A stretch of 64,000 bases of DNA from Thermodesulfobacteriota bacterium (GCA_965216785.1 OZ244197.1:2508349-2572348), one strand, 5' to 3'. Numbered from the stretch's first letter, positions 37,612 to 47,298 are shown. A program made the numbers and translations. Notes: generated from the sequence alone by a model not told the origin.

Positions 37612-38300
37612 GTAACCAATCACGAGAGGAAATATTGCATAAAGTACGTAAGGGTCTATCAACCGTACAGGACACTGCGCAGATCCTTCCTGACGACAGA
37701 GATTTCTCTAAAGAGGCTAAGGAATTAGCAGAGAACCTCACTAATCTGCAAGATAAACTCGTCGAGCAATTTACGGCAGAGGTAGAAAATGTAAACACAA
37801 CTGTCTTAAGAGCTCAGAATTCAAAGAAGCTCATACAATCTATTGCTAAGCTCACGAAAGAAAAGCAGGCGAAATCTTTCGCGGTCTGGGAAACCTCTTA
37901 TCTAAAAGAGCTCGGACTGAAAGAGACGCTGAAAAAAGAAGGGTTAAAACTCGTAACCGTGAAGAACAAAAACCGCCTCGCCAAAGCTGACATCGGTATC
38001 ACGGAAATAGACTACGCCATAGCCGATACCGGCACGCTTGTGCTGCTCACGGATAGAAATCAGCCACGCGGGGTGTCACTGCTGCCGCCGATACATTTGG
38101 CAATAGTGCGTCCTGAAAACATAGTCGGCAATATCAGAGAGCTGTTTATTTTGCTGAAAGATAGGATCGATAGATCAGGAGATATTAAAAGCTGTATGAC
38201 GTTTATAACAGGCCCCAGCAGAACCGCAGACATAGAGCTTAACCTCACACTCGGAGTCCACGGCCCGAAAGAGCTGTTTGTCATTATAACAAAATCCTAA
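37608..38300 (+). CDS. lutC: LUD-domain protein LutC/YkgG
   Basis: IADTGTL, SLLPPIH, ITGPSRTADIELNLTLGVHGP. Confidence 0.9.
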   Translation: MSNQSREEILHKVRKGLSTVQDTAQILPDDRDFSKEAKELAENLTNLQDKLVEQFTAEVENVNTTVLRAQNSKKLIQSIAKLTKEKQAKSFAVWETSYLKELGLKETLKKEGLKLVTVKNKNRLAKADIGITEIDYAIADTGTLVLLTDRNQPRGVSLLPPIHLAIVRPENIVGNIRELFILLKDRIDRSGDIKSCMTFITGPSRTADIELNLTLGVHGPKELFVIITKS

Positions 38301-38323
38301 TTAACAAGCCATATGGTATCTTC

Positions 38324-38698
38324 TTAAAAACAGACAAACTGCACTTCTGGATCAGAACTAATTAGCCCTGTTGGCATTCCGTTCATACCAATCTCTATCT
38401 CACTGAAAAAACGTAATGTGCCACAGTCAAGGGTATTACAATCTATAGAGATACATTCACTATCCTCTGGTGGGATAAAAAAATCTGCGGCTAACGAAAT
38501 CCCACTGTCATCAGGTGGGAATGTTGCGCCACAAAAAAATGGTTCACAGACATTAATTATATCTTCAGCCAGACATTCCGAATTCATTATTTTCTCATTT
38601 GGTACACAATCTATATTATCGCTACTCCCATTATCACTACACCCGCCGTACAACGAGATTAGCAACAAAGGAACAATTAGATAAGCAATAAACTTAAT
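38324..38698 (-). CDS. Cys-rich lipoprotein; start is either ATT (38698) or lost
   Basis: TAAGGAGG SD then ATT-AAG-TTT giving IKFIAYLIVPLLLISLYGGC; Cys module shared with the upstream gene; ORF track starts at TTG 38668. Confidence 0.65.
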   Translation of the reverse strand: MKFIAYLIVPLLLISLYGGCSDNGSSDNIDCVPNEKIMNSECLAEDIINVCEPFFCGATFPPDDSGISLAADFFIPPEDSECISIDCNTLDCGTLRFFSEIEIGMNGMPTGLISSDPEVQFVCF

Positions 38699-38709
38699 TA
38701 TCCGCCTCC

Positions 38710-39627
38710 TTATTCAACAACTAAAGTGCAGCTAACTACTCTATCTTCACCGTCAACATTTATAATACCTTCTGGTAAGAGATTATTTTCCATAAGTGTA
38801 ATATCGGTGATGATTCCGGATACAGTATCAATGTTAAAATTTCCTATCTCGATCTCTTCACAACTTACGCTGGTACAATCTAAAGCAGTGCAATTAGGCT
38901 CGGTCATGTCTATTGTTCCACCCAGGAAGCTACAGGGTGTATTCTCGCATCTATTAAGCAAGGATTCCGCCAGACATTCGGAATTTGGAAAATTGAAAAC
39001 TGAATTACAAACATCTTCCACTCTGATAAAACTCACAGGGACATCTCTTTTCACCACCTCGACTACAGAGGAGCCAAAAAACCTAGCTTCAGATGATTCT
39101 AAATCGCTATTAGTATCAGTTATGACTGCTATGAGCTCAGTTCCGAATTCAAGAATAGTTACTACCTCGGTGCCGAATTGCCTTGTTCCTTTCAAAGAAA
39201 TAATGACCATATTCTCAGAAAAGTTCACATCTGGAATATCAAAAATATTATCTTTAAAGAAGCAGCTGTTTCGAAATCTATTCCAATCATGTTGTGTCTT
39301 TATTACAAGCCCACTATCTTCCCAGCGGCATTCGGGAGGTAAGAATGGAAGAAATATTGACCGGCCTAAAGTTCTAACTATTTCATTAAAATCTAATTGC
39401 CGGAGGAAGTCCGGACGGTTTTCCTGCTCTTGGATTATCTCTCCAATAGTTCTATCGTTCACTGAGGAGGTGCTGCCACCTTCATTTTCATCAAAGCAGG
39501 GGTTAGAAGATAACTCTGAGAAGCACCTGTTAATGGTATCTTGATCACCACCCCCATTACCACAGCTGCCGTAGAGTGATAGTAATAAAAACGGAATGAG
39601 AAAAATAAGAACGTATTTCATTATCAT
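38710..39627 (-). CDS. Cys-rich lipoprotein with a PrcB_C-like central segment
   Basis: Lipobox LYGSC; DVNFSENMVIISLKG...SSVVEVVKRDVPVSF resembles PrcB_C; C-terminal NSECLAE Cys module. Confidence 0.65.
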   Translation of the reverse strand: MIMKYVLIFLIPFLLLSLYGSCGNGGGDQDTINRCFSELSSNPCFDENEGGSTSSVNDRTIGEIIQEQENRPDFLRQLDFNEIVRTLGRSIFLPFLPPECRWEDSGLVIKTQHDWNRFRNSCFFKDNIFDIPDVNFSENMVIISLKGTRQFGTEVVTILEFGTELIAVITDTNSDLESSEARFFGSSVVEVVKRDVPVSFIRVEDVCNSVFNFPNSECLAESLLNRCENTPCSFLGGTIDMTEPNCTALDCTSVSCEEIEIGNFNIDTVSGIITDITLMENNLLPEGIINVDGEDRVVSCTLVVE

Positions 39628-39686
39628 CCCCTAATACAAGAGTGCCATAAAATAAATTAAATACAACACTAAAAAAGTAAGGGGAT

Positions 39687-40406
39687 TTACGAGTCTTTCA
39701 TCCAGTCTCTGGCGTCAAATTCTTTGCCATTTTCACCAATCGACTCGTCTGAAGCCAGGTAGACGAAAACGGGGGAAATATCGAGCGGGGTAGGGAGGGT
39801 ATTTGGGTCTTCCTCGGGGTAAGCGCCTGCTCTCATATCGGTCCTGGTACCTCCTGGGTTTACTGAATTAACTCTAACTTTATAAGGCTCCATCTCCTGG
39901 GCGAGTATCTGAGTGAGCGCTTCAACACCGAATTTTGAAGCGGAGTAAGCTCCCCATTCTTTTCTTCCTTCTCTGCCCACAGTAGAGCTTACATTGATGA
40001 TTGAGCTATTTTCAGACTTTATTAATAAAGGGAGTAGGGCTTTTGTGACGAAAAACTGTGCGTTAAGGTTAATATGTATTACTTCTTCCCATAAATCCTC
40101 TGGATAATCCATTATCTTAGCTTTGATTCCTAATATACTGGCATTATTAACCAATATATCCAGTTTGCCCCATTTTTCTTCAATTTCAGCGGCCAGGCGC
40201 TTTACATCATCCTTATTGGTTATATCAGCGCTGACAAAGCTGATATCTCCGTACTCAGACAGCTCCTCATGAGCGGCCTGAAGCGAGTCCTCATTGCGTC
40301 CGCAAATAATTACCTCGGCTCCTTGCCTTAAATAAGCCTCGGCAATGCCTTTACCAATTCCTTTACTACCACCTGTAATCAGTGCTTTTTTGTCTTTGAG
40401 TTTCAT
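39687..40406 (-). CDS. SDR-family oxidoreductase (YciK-like)
   Basis: TGGSKGIG, NNAS, YSASK, NPGGTRTDMRAGAYP. Confidence 0.9.
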   Translation of the reverse strand: MKLKDKKALITGGSKGIGKGIAEAYLRQGAEVIICGRNEDSLQAAHEELSEYGDISFVSADITNKDDVKRLAAEIEEKWGKLDILVNNASILGIKAKIMDYPEDLWEEVIHINLNAQFFVTKALLPLLIKSENSSIINVSSTVGREGRKEWGAYSASKFGVEALTQILAQEMEPYKVRVNSVNPGGTRTDMRAGAYPEEDPNTLPTPLDISPVFVYLASDESIGENGKEFDARDWMKDS

Positions 40407-40456
40407 AGCCAGAGAATATTACCCGTAAATTAAAGATGTGGAAGCACCTGTATATC

Positions 40457-41158
40457 TTACTTATTTCGCTTTTCGTATGCTTCATCCACACTCTTATGCA
40501 TCGTTAACAGCTTTGGTAGGCCTATGGTAAAATCCCAAAGCGCGTTTAGTCCGGATCGCATTAATACTCTAATGGCAAGCGGAATAGAAGGTGCGCCAGG
40601 CTCGAAATGGTCTTGCTCGTGGATTTCATTTCTTCCTTCAGACAGCACTTTTTGAACATTAGGCGGCATGTTCCAGTCGCTCCTGAAAATAACAGTGCCT
40701 TCAGGGTTTATTATATAAACCGCGTCCGGAAAAGAGCCGTAAAGCTTATGCGCGTTCCCGTTAAGCGTATCTACTAGAATTGTCCTACGCTCGTTTTCTT
40801 CACCGGACAGTCTTTTAGCGTGTTTTATTTTTTCCTCAATCGATGTCTGGTGCGGAACGTTCGAGCCGGGATGCGCTTCTCTTACATATAGGACTAGGAA
40901 CCGGACGTCCTTAAACTCCTCGGCCAATACGTTCATCTTCTTGATATTTCCGACGTACATCGGACACGAGAAACTTCCGGTTTCTAGCACTAGCCAGGCT
41001 CCAAAGTAATCCGACAGCTTTACTTTCTCACCGTCAAGTGCGAACGCTTCGAAATCCTGGACTTTTTCTCCAGGCTTTGGACCTTTGAAATCGAAGAAAT
41101 TATAGTATTCCGGTTTGAACTTGCAGTAATTATATTCTTCAGTACTTGTATCGGTCAT
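40457..41158 (-). CDS. Thioredoxin-fold protein of the iodothyronine deiodinase-like family
   Basis: LVLETGSFSCPMY and FLVLYVREAHPG motifs. Confidence 0.65.
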   Translation of the reverse strand: MTDTSTEEYNYCKFKPEYYNFFDFKGPKPGEKVQDFEAFALDGEKVKLSDYFGAWLVLETGSFSCPMYVGNIKKMNVLAEEFKDVRFLVLYVREAHPGSNVPHQTSIEEKIKHAKRLSGEENERRTILVDTLNGNAHKLYGSFPDAVYIINPEGTVIFRSDWNMPPNVQKVLSEGRNEIHEQDHFEPGAPSIPLAIRVLMRSGLNALWDFTIGLPKLLTMHKSVDEAYEKRNK

Positions 41159-41263
41159 TTAATTGCTTCTCCCTCCATGGATATTTAACTAATATTACGT
41201 CCTAAACTCTGAATCTCATAATGAGGTGATTTGTGAAAGTTAATAGGTAACATATAAGCAATT

Positions 41264-41593
41264 ATGGACAAAAAAGTTGATGAATATATAGATAAGCAAA
41301 AAACTCCTCAAAAAGAAGTTTGCAGGAAGCTAAGGGAGATTATTTTCAAAACTTTTCCTGAAATTCAAGAAGAGATGAAATGGGGAGTGCCGTCTTACGA
41401 GAATGGCAAATATTATTTTGTCGGGCTTAAAAACCATGTGAATCTTGGTTTTTCATTAAAAGGATTATCAAAAGAGGAAATTGCTCTTTTTGATGGTGGT
41501 GGAAAAACGATGAAACATATAAAGATTAACTCTTTGAAAGATATTGACGAGAAGAGGGTTATTAAGTTGCTAAAGATGGTAAAGAATAAATAA
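41264..41593 (+). CDS. DUF1801/YdhG-like protein
   Basis: VDEYI, LREII, EEMKWGVPSY, HVNLGF, MKHIKI. Confidence 0.8.
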   Translation: MDKKVDEYIDKQKTPQKEVCRKLREIIFKTFPEIQEEMKWGVPSYENGKYYFVGLKNHVNLGFSLKGLSKEEIALFDGGGKTMKHIKINSLKDIDEKRVIKLLKMVKNK

Positions 41594-41650
41594 TTCCTAT
41601 CAGTAAGGGGCTGAACCGCATAACCTCAGCGGCTTAGATATTAAAATATT

Positions 41651-42328
41651 CTAATCTGTTTTCACTTCCACATCAGTGAACCATACTCTGAAATTTTCAT
41701 CCACCCCTTTGTGGTCTAGAGAAATTATAATAGGGCCGAATTTTTGGTTATCTTCCCATGTGGAAACTCTTGTGGGCTCATCAGCGCCGCCGCGGCGGTA
41801 TATCCACTGTAATATCATATAATTTTCATCTATATAGAGCTCGTAAACATCTCCGGGAGTATAGCCTCCCGTATCCGGATATATTACTTTGACCCTTGTT
41901 GTAAGTCCGCTTCCTAGCGGCAAATTTACCTTTTCTTCATCAACTTCGACTCTAATCCCTTCATCCCAAACCAGATGGAAGGGGAACACGAGCCAGTACT
42001 GATCGTTTATGAACCATGAGTCAACTTCTTTTAACTTATCCGGATCTTTAGAAAGAATGTCTCTATTATAAGAAACGTCCTGTTTAACGCCGTCGATTTC
42101 AAGAAGCCTCACTTTATTTTCTTTAGGCATCCACGCCCAGGAGCGCTTTACTTTCTGGTGTCCGATCTTCGCGTTAAACGTATAGCTTAACTCTATAACT
42201 TCGTCGAAGTCTTCGATCCCGTACGCCTGAGCAATTTTCTTACCAATCTCAGACTCAACCGCTTGAGACTCGCTCAGCGAGCAAAGAATGAATAGAGATA
42301 TTGTAACAATCCAAAACTGTTTTTTCAT
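41651..42328 (-). CDS. Hypothetical exported protein
   Basis: Signal peptide; WFINDQYWLVFPFHL and GGYTPGD segments. Confidence 0.75.
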   Translation of the reverse strand: MKKQFWIVTISLFILCSLSESQAVESEIGKKIAQAYGIEDFDEVIELSYTFNAKIGHQKVKRSWAWMPKENKVRLLEIDGVKQDVSYNRDILSKDPDKLKEVDSWFINDQYWLVFPFHLVWDEGIRVEVDEEKVNLPLGSGLTTRVKVIYPDTGGYTPGDVYELYIDENYMILQWIYRRGGADEPTRVSTWEDNQKFGPIIISLDHKGVDENFRVWFTDVEVKTD

Positions 42329-42419
42329 GAGATATCCGCCTTGTATATATTGTAACTTTGATAATATCCTATCTTACTTTTAGGCACAAATTCAGCATAT
42401 TTTACATGATACCGACATA

Positions 42420-42447
42420 AAGTCCGATAAGGTATATTATGTAAACT
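42420..42447 (+). other. dif site (XerC/XerD recombination site): AAGTCCGATAA-GGTATA-TTATGTAAACT
   Basis: 11-6-11 layout; right arm identical to the B. subtilis dif arm TTATGTAAACT; spacer differs by one base from E. coli TGTATA; intergenic. Confidence 0.85.
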
Positions 42448-42576
42448 AACAATTCATACAATTATTCCAATACTCTCTACAACGGGATCACTGGACTTGT
42501 GAGAAGTAGTCCCCGGCTACGAGAACAAGTAACGTTCAAAAAAAGAGGCTCATTTATTACCTGAAAAGATTTGTGT

Positions 42577-43011
42577 TTACCTCTTTGCAGCTCTTTTAGT
42601 AGTTTTCTTAGCCGTTGTTCTTTTGGTTGTTTTTGTAGCCGCTCTTTTAGTAGTCTTTCTAGGCTTGCTGGCCGCTCTGCGTTTGGGTTTTTCATTTTCC
42701 TCAAGCGCTTTCTTACCACCCTCGACAGCGCCCAGCGCCGCAAACTGCATGACTTTTGTAGCTTTATTCAGGACATCAGCTGAGTTTTTCATAATATCGG
42801 CCGTTGAATCGCTTACTTTTTTAGCGACATCTTCAGACAACTTTGTAAAATGACTTTTTCTAGTCATACCAATTTTATTGCTTAAATTGATAATATCATC
42901 TCTGATATCTTCAAAATGCTGCATGATGTCTTGCATGCTTTTATCTTTTGGCTTAGTTGATTTCCTAGCCCTACTCGTTTTAGCAGTCCTGCCGGTTTTA
43001 CTTGTTGCCAT
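42577..43011 (-). CDS. Basic protein with a helical core and a histone H1-like K/T/A-rich tail
   Basis: C-terminal KTTKRAATKTTKRTTAKKTTKRAAKR; GGAGG SD. Confidence 0.7.
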   Translation of the reverse strand: MATSKTGRTAKTSRARKSTKPKDKSMQDIMQHFEDIRDDIINLSNKIGMTRKSHFTKLSEDVAKKVSDSTADIMKNSADVLNKATKVMQFAALGAVEGGKKALEENEKPKRRAASKPRKTTKRAATKTTKRTTAKKTTKRAAKR

Positions 43012-43195
43012 CTTAAACCTCCGTACTTTGTAGTTTTTGTTCTGAGCCTATGTCACTGCTTAAAAACATTATAATAAAATAATTAGGAACTGCCTAGCAA
43101 GCAACTCTATTTATCATTGATATATAAACAAATATTTCTTGATTCGGAATACTTAGAGTTTGATAAAGAGGCTAAGAGTTTAAGAGCTCAAAGGT

Positions 43196-44269
43196 TTATT
43201 GACCCTTGGTTTTTATTATTGTTACGTGGCCCATTTTACGCCCGGCGCGGGCTTCTGATTTTCCGTAGAGATGTATACACGCGCCGTCTTTTCTATAGTA
43301 CTTCTTAATTTTCTCGACCTCTGATCCTATGAGGTTTATCATCACAGCGTCAGAGTGGCGCTCGGACGAGCCTACAGGGAGACCGCACACAGTGCGTACG
43401 TGCTGCCCGAACTGTGAGACGGCGCAGGCGTCTATGGTCAAGTGGCCCGAGTTATGGGTGCGGGGAGCAATCTCGTTTGCCAGAATGCGCCCGTCCTTTG
43501 TGACGAACATCTCTAGCGCAAGCACTCCTACAAGTCTCACTTTCCGAGCCAGCAGCAGCGCCTTGTCCCTGGCCTGCTTTGCCAAATCCTCGGGTATGCC
43601 CGCCGGCAAGGTACTTTGCGAGAGAATGTGATTTTTATGATCGTTCAACATAGGGCCGTAAATAGCTGTCTGCCGCTTTACATCCCTTGCAACGATGACT
43701 GATATCTCGCAGTCAAAATCAATGGGCTCTTCCGCTATAAGTTCATTTGAGCCGAGCTTCTTCCAGCTCTTTTTCGGTGAGTCCCCTGCCCTGTGAACAA
43801 GCTGCCCTTTGCCATCATAACCGAACCGGGTGGTTTTTAAAATAACATCACCGAGTCCCATATCACGGACCGCGGCACCTATATCTTCTGCTTTCCTTAC
43901 AGGCGCCCATCTCGCCGTGGGGATGCCTATATCGTTTAAAAACTGTTTCTCTTTAATCCTGTTCTGTGATATTTCAAGAAGTTTATCGTCGGGGTAGACT
44001 GGTTTAATATCTTGAATGTAGCGGACGGTTTCATACGGAATGTTCTCGAACTCGTAAGAGACCACATCCACGCTCTCGGCAAATGCCCTTAGTTTTCTTT
44101 TATTGTCGTAAGCTCCTACGAAAGTTCTGTCCGCTACCTGGCCCGCCGGGCTGTCTTGCTCAGGACAGTATATATGCACCTTGATACCGAGCTCTGCCGC
44201 CGCCAATGCGCTCATCCGCCCGAGCTGCCCTCCCCCTAATATCCCCAGCGTTTTAGTTTCGAAACTCAT
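43196..44269 (-). CDS. purK: N5-CAIR synthetase
   Basis: [44 protein letters not shown]. Confidence 0.95.
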   Translation of the reverse strand: MSFETKTLGILGGGQLGRMSALAAAELGIKVHIYCPEQDSPAGQVADRTFVGAYDNKRKLRAFAESVDVVSYEFENIPYETVRYIQDIKPVYPDDKLLEISQNRIKEKQFLNDIGIPTARWAPVRKAEDIGAAVRDMGLGDVILKTTRFGYDGKGQLVHRAGDSPKKSWKKLGSNELIAEEPIDFDCEISVIVARDVKRQTAIYGPMLNDHKNHILSQSTLPAGIPEDLAKQARDKALLLARKVRLVGVLALEMFVTKDGRILANEIAPRTHNSGHLTIDACAVSQFGQHVRTVCGLPVGSSERHSDAVMINLIGSEVEKIKKYYRKDGACIHLYGKSEARAGRKMGHVTIIKTKGQ

Positions 44270-44796
44270 GACTTCTTTTTGCGTGGGGTAGCCGGGGATT
44301 TTTTATTAGGCCTGATCTTAATACTCGCTGTTTGCTTTTTACGGAATGCCTCAAGCTTCTCGGCCACTTTATTGTCCTCTGTCGACAGGATAGACGCCGC
44401 CAGGAGGGCCGCGTTCTTAGCCCCCGCTGTGCCTATGGCGAGCGTGCCTACGGGTATGCCACCCGGCATCTGCACGATGGAAAGGAGACTGTCTAGCCCC
44501 TTTAATGTTCTGCTCTCGACCGGAACTCCAAGTACAGGGAGAGTAGTCATGCTGGCCGCCATTCCGGGAAGATGGGCGGCTCCCCCTGCGCCCGCGATGA
44601 TAACTTTTAGACCGCGCTCCCGAGCTGTCTTGGCATATTCGTACAAGCGGTCTGGAGTACGGTGGGCCGAGACTATTTTAGTCTCATATGGTATTTTCAG
44701 CCCGTCGAGCGATTCCGCCGCGTGCTTCATAGTTTCCCAGTCGGACTGAGAGCCCATAATGATCCCTATTAGTGGCCTGCGTTTTGAAATGGTCAT
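44266..44796 (-). CDS. purE: N5-CAIR mutase
   Basis: [39 protein letters not shown]. Confidence 0.96.
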   Translation of the reverse strand: MTISKRRPLIGIIMGSQSDWETMKHAAESLDGLKIPYETKIVSAHRTPDRLYEYAKTARERGLKVIIAGAGGAAHLPGMAASMTTLPVLGVPVESRTLKGLDSLLSIVQMPGGIPVGTLAIGTAGAKNAALLAASILSTEDNKVAEKLEAFRKKQTASIKIRPNKKSPATPRKKKS

Positions 44797-44970
44797 ATCC
44801 GTGCGCTCAGATGTGAAAAATAAAAAAGATGTTACGGAAAATAACTCAAAAAGTCAAAAGGGCCAAAATTAGAATAACCCGGCGCTCTACCATGCAACGG
44901 GCACACTCAAATATTAATATGACAATCAATTCACTTGATGATGACAGGCCGATAGTCTATCTTAAGGATT

Positions 44971-45900
44971 ATGCTAAGAACCAAGCATAAAGATAATATC
45001 TACTTCATAACCCAGCCTGATCATGCGGCGGTGTCCGGGTATTTCGCTGCGCACTGGGGAAACGACGAGTTCACGCGTCCCGGGTATTACGCTCCCAGCA
45101 AAGACCCTGAGCAACTCCGTGCTGAAACTGTACTGGGCATTGCCGAGCACGATAACGGCTGGTGGGAATGGGAAGCGACTCTCGGAGAGGATGCAGAGGA
45201 CGGCCTGCCCAAGGGCCTTACAACGGTACTCAAGAACCAGGAAGAAGGGATGAACAGATGGAGGCTCGGGATACCGAGGCTGAGTGAGAAACATCCCTAC
45301 GCTAGCCTCCTTATCAGCTACCACGCCTATTGGCTCTACGCTCACTCAAGTAGAGCCGAGACGAACGAAGCGTTCATTCACCCCCTGTTCTGGAAAGGCA
45401 CAGACCTCTATGCTGAGGACTCAAAACCCGGATTAGAAGGAGAGGCCCTTGAGAACGCGCTTAAATTTGTAGAGGAAGTAAGAGGCTTACAAGAAAGTCT
45501 GAAATCACAGATAAATGCGAACGAAAATAAAAACGACTGGCTGAGCGACGGCAACTTACTGCCGCACGCAAGACTGATACAACTGCTGGACGGGCTTTCG
45601 CTCTCAATATGCTCGAACCTCATCCCGGCCAGTGATGGAGAATCAAAGGGCCTTGGGCAGGACGAATTTAACCTACTGAACGTGCCGAGGAAGAGCTGGG
45701 ACGACCGTGTGGCAATGAAAGTATATCCCAAGGGAGAGAGGAATATCGGGCTTGACCCCTACCCCTTCGATTTAGACCCTCTCAGAGTAAGCGTTCCTAC
45801 CAGGATTGTAGAAGGCCCGGCAGATAAACCCTTGTGCCTCTACCCCTTCTGGCATTCCATACCCCTGCAGCTGATCGAGTATGAATTCAGCTCTGGTTGA
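44971..45900 (+). CDS. DUF3891-family protein
   Basis: ITQPDHAAVSG, AEHDNGW, LLISYH, LDGLSL. Confidence 0.75.
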   Translation: MLRTKHKDNIYFITQPDHAAVSGYFAAHWGNDEFTRPGYYAPSKDPEQLRAETVLGIAEHDNGWWEWEATLGEDAEDGLPKGLTTVLKNQEEGMNRWRLGIPRLSEKHPYASLLISYHAYWLYAHSSRAETNEAFIHPLFWKGTDLYAEDSKPGLEGEALENALKFVEEVRGLQESLKSQINANENKNDWLSDGNLLPHARLIQLLDGLSLSICSNLIPASDGESKGLGQDEFNLLNVPRKSWDDRVAMKVYPKGERNIGLDPYPFDLDPLRVSVPTRIVEGPADKPLCLYPFWHSIPLQLIEYEFSSG

Positions 45901-46017
45901 CGCATTTCTTCTACATAAGCTAAAGCGTAAAATTAAGTAACCCCCTTGAACAAGTCGGGATAAGTTATTATATTTACTCTAATTTACTTTTAATATTTCT
46001 TGGTCGAGGAAAGATCT

Positions 46018-46380
46018 ATGCCGATATACGAATATGAGTGTAAAAACTGCGGAATCCAATTAGAAGAGCTTCAGAGCTTCAGCGACCCGCCCCTTAAAAA
46101 GTGCCCTAACTGTAAAAAGAATAAGCTTGAAAAGATGATATCGCTATCATCGTTTAAACTAGAAGGCACCGGCTGGTACGCCACTGATTATGTGAAAAAA
46201 CCGGGCATTCCGCCTCAAGCAGCCGACCAGAAAAACCCTGCCGTTTCTGACGGCGACGGAAAAGCGGACGGCGCAGCTAAAACAGTTGCAGAATCGGGCA
46301 GCCCTTCGAGTCCGAGCGAGACATTTAAGTCGATAGAAAAAGAGACCAAGAAAGCGAAGTCCAAAGCCAAATCGGCTTAA
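46018..46380 (+). CDS. FmdB-family zinc-ribbon protein
   Basis: MPIYEYECKNCG...CPNC...FKLEGTGWYATDY. Confidence 0.85.
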   Translation: MPIYEYECKNCGIQLEELQSFSDPPLKKCPNCKKNKLEKMISLSSFKLEGTGWYATDYVKKPGIPPQAADQKNPAVSDGDGKADGAAKTVAESGSPSSPSETFKSIEKETKKAKSKAKSA

Positions 46381-46499
46381 AGTTTTAGTCACCCTCCCCT
46401 ACCGAAAGAAAGTTTTCTCTTTGATACTGTAAAAGATTATTGTACTTACCCCCATGTATTGAGACTTCCATAATTTTAGGTTTATAATAGATACCCATT

Positions 46500-47291
46500 A
46501 TGGATATGGGAATAAAAGACAAAGTTGCCATAGTAGCCGCATCGAGCAAAGGCCTGGGTAAGGCTGTAGCTATGGGGCTTGCACACGAGGGCGTGAAAGT
46601 GACAATCTGCGCCCGTGGTGAAGATGAGCTTAAAAAGACTGCCAGTGAGATCGAATCCGAGACCGGAGCTCAAGTGCTGGCTGTACCATGCGATGTTTCC
46701 AAATCAGAGGAAATAGAAAACGTAGTCGCAGAGACAGTTAATAAATTTGGGACTGTTGACATAATGGTGAATAACGCGGGAGGCCCTCCTGTAGGGTTGT
46801 TCGAGGAGTTTTCCCTCGATGATTGGCACAAGGCAGTCGAGCTTAACCTCTTTAGCACCATCACATTCTCTAAGCTAGTCATCCCTTATATGAAAAAGAG
46901 CAACTGGGGCAGGATTATTAATATGACCTCCTACACCGTAAAGGAGCCTGTGGACGGTCTTATACTGTCAAACACAGTAAGAGCTGGAATAACAGGACTC
47001 ACCAAGACATTATCTAACGAGCTTGGGCCTCATAACATTCTTGTGAATAACGTAAGCCCGGGAAGGATCCATACGGACAGAATCACACAGCTTGCCCAGG
47101 AGAGAGCTAAACGAAGCGGAGCAAGCTTTGAAGAGGCGCTTAAGAGCATGGACGACGGTATACCGCTTGGAAGAGTCGGGCAGCCCCGCGAGTTCGCAAA
47201 CCTGGTAGTTTTTCTTGCCTCAGAGCGCGCGAGCTACATTACAGGCGATACGATACTAATCGACGGCGGACTAAGTAAAGGAATCATGTAG
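46500..47291 (+). CDS. SDR-family oxidoreductase
   Basis: AASSKGLG, VNNAGGPP, SNTVRAG, PGRIHTDR. Confidence 0.9.
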   Translation: MDMGIKDKVAIVAASSKGLGKAVAMGLAHEGVKVTICARGEDELKKTASEIESETGAQVLAVPCDVSKSEEIENVVAETVNKFGTVDIMVNNAGGPPVGLFEEFSLDDWHKAVELNLFSTITFSKLVIPYMKKSNWGRIINMTSYTVKEPVDGLILSNTVRAGITGLTKTLSNELGPHNILVNNVSPGRIHTDRITQLAQERAKRSGASFEEALKSMDDGIPLGRVGQPREFANLVVFLASERASYITGDTILIDGGLSKGIM

Positions 47292-47298
47292 CCAGGGA

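Noticed and set aside
38726-39544. 272-aa + strand ORF
   Set aside because: Antisense shadow of the Cys-rich lipoprotein gene.
42477-42743. 88-aa alternative-frame ORF over the histone-like gene
   Set aside because: Frame-shifted shadow of low-complexity sequence, without an SD.
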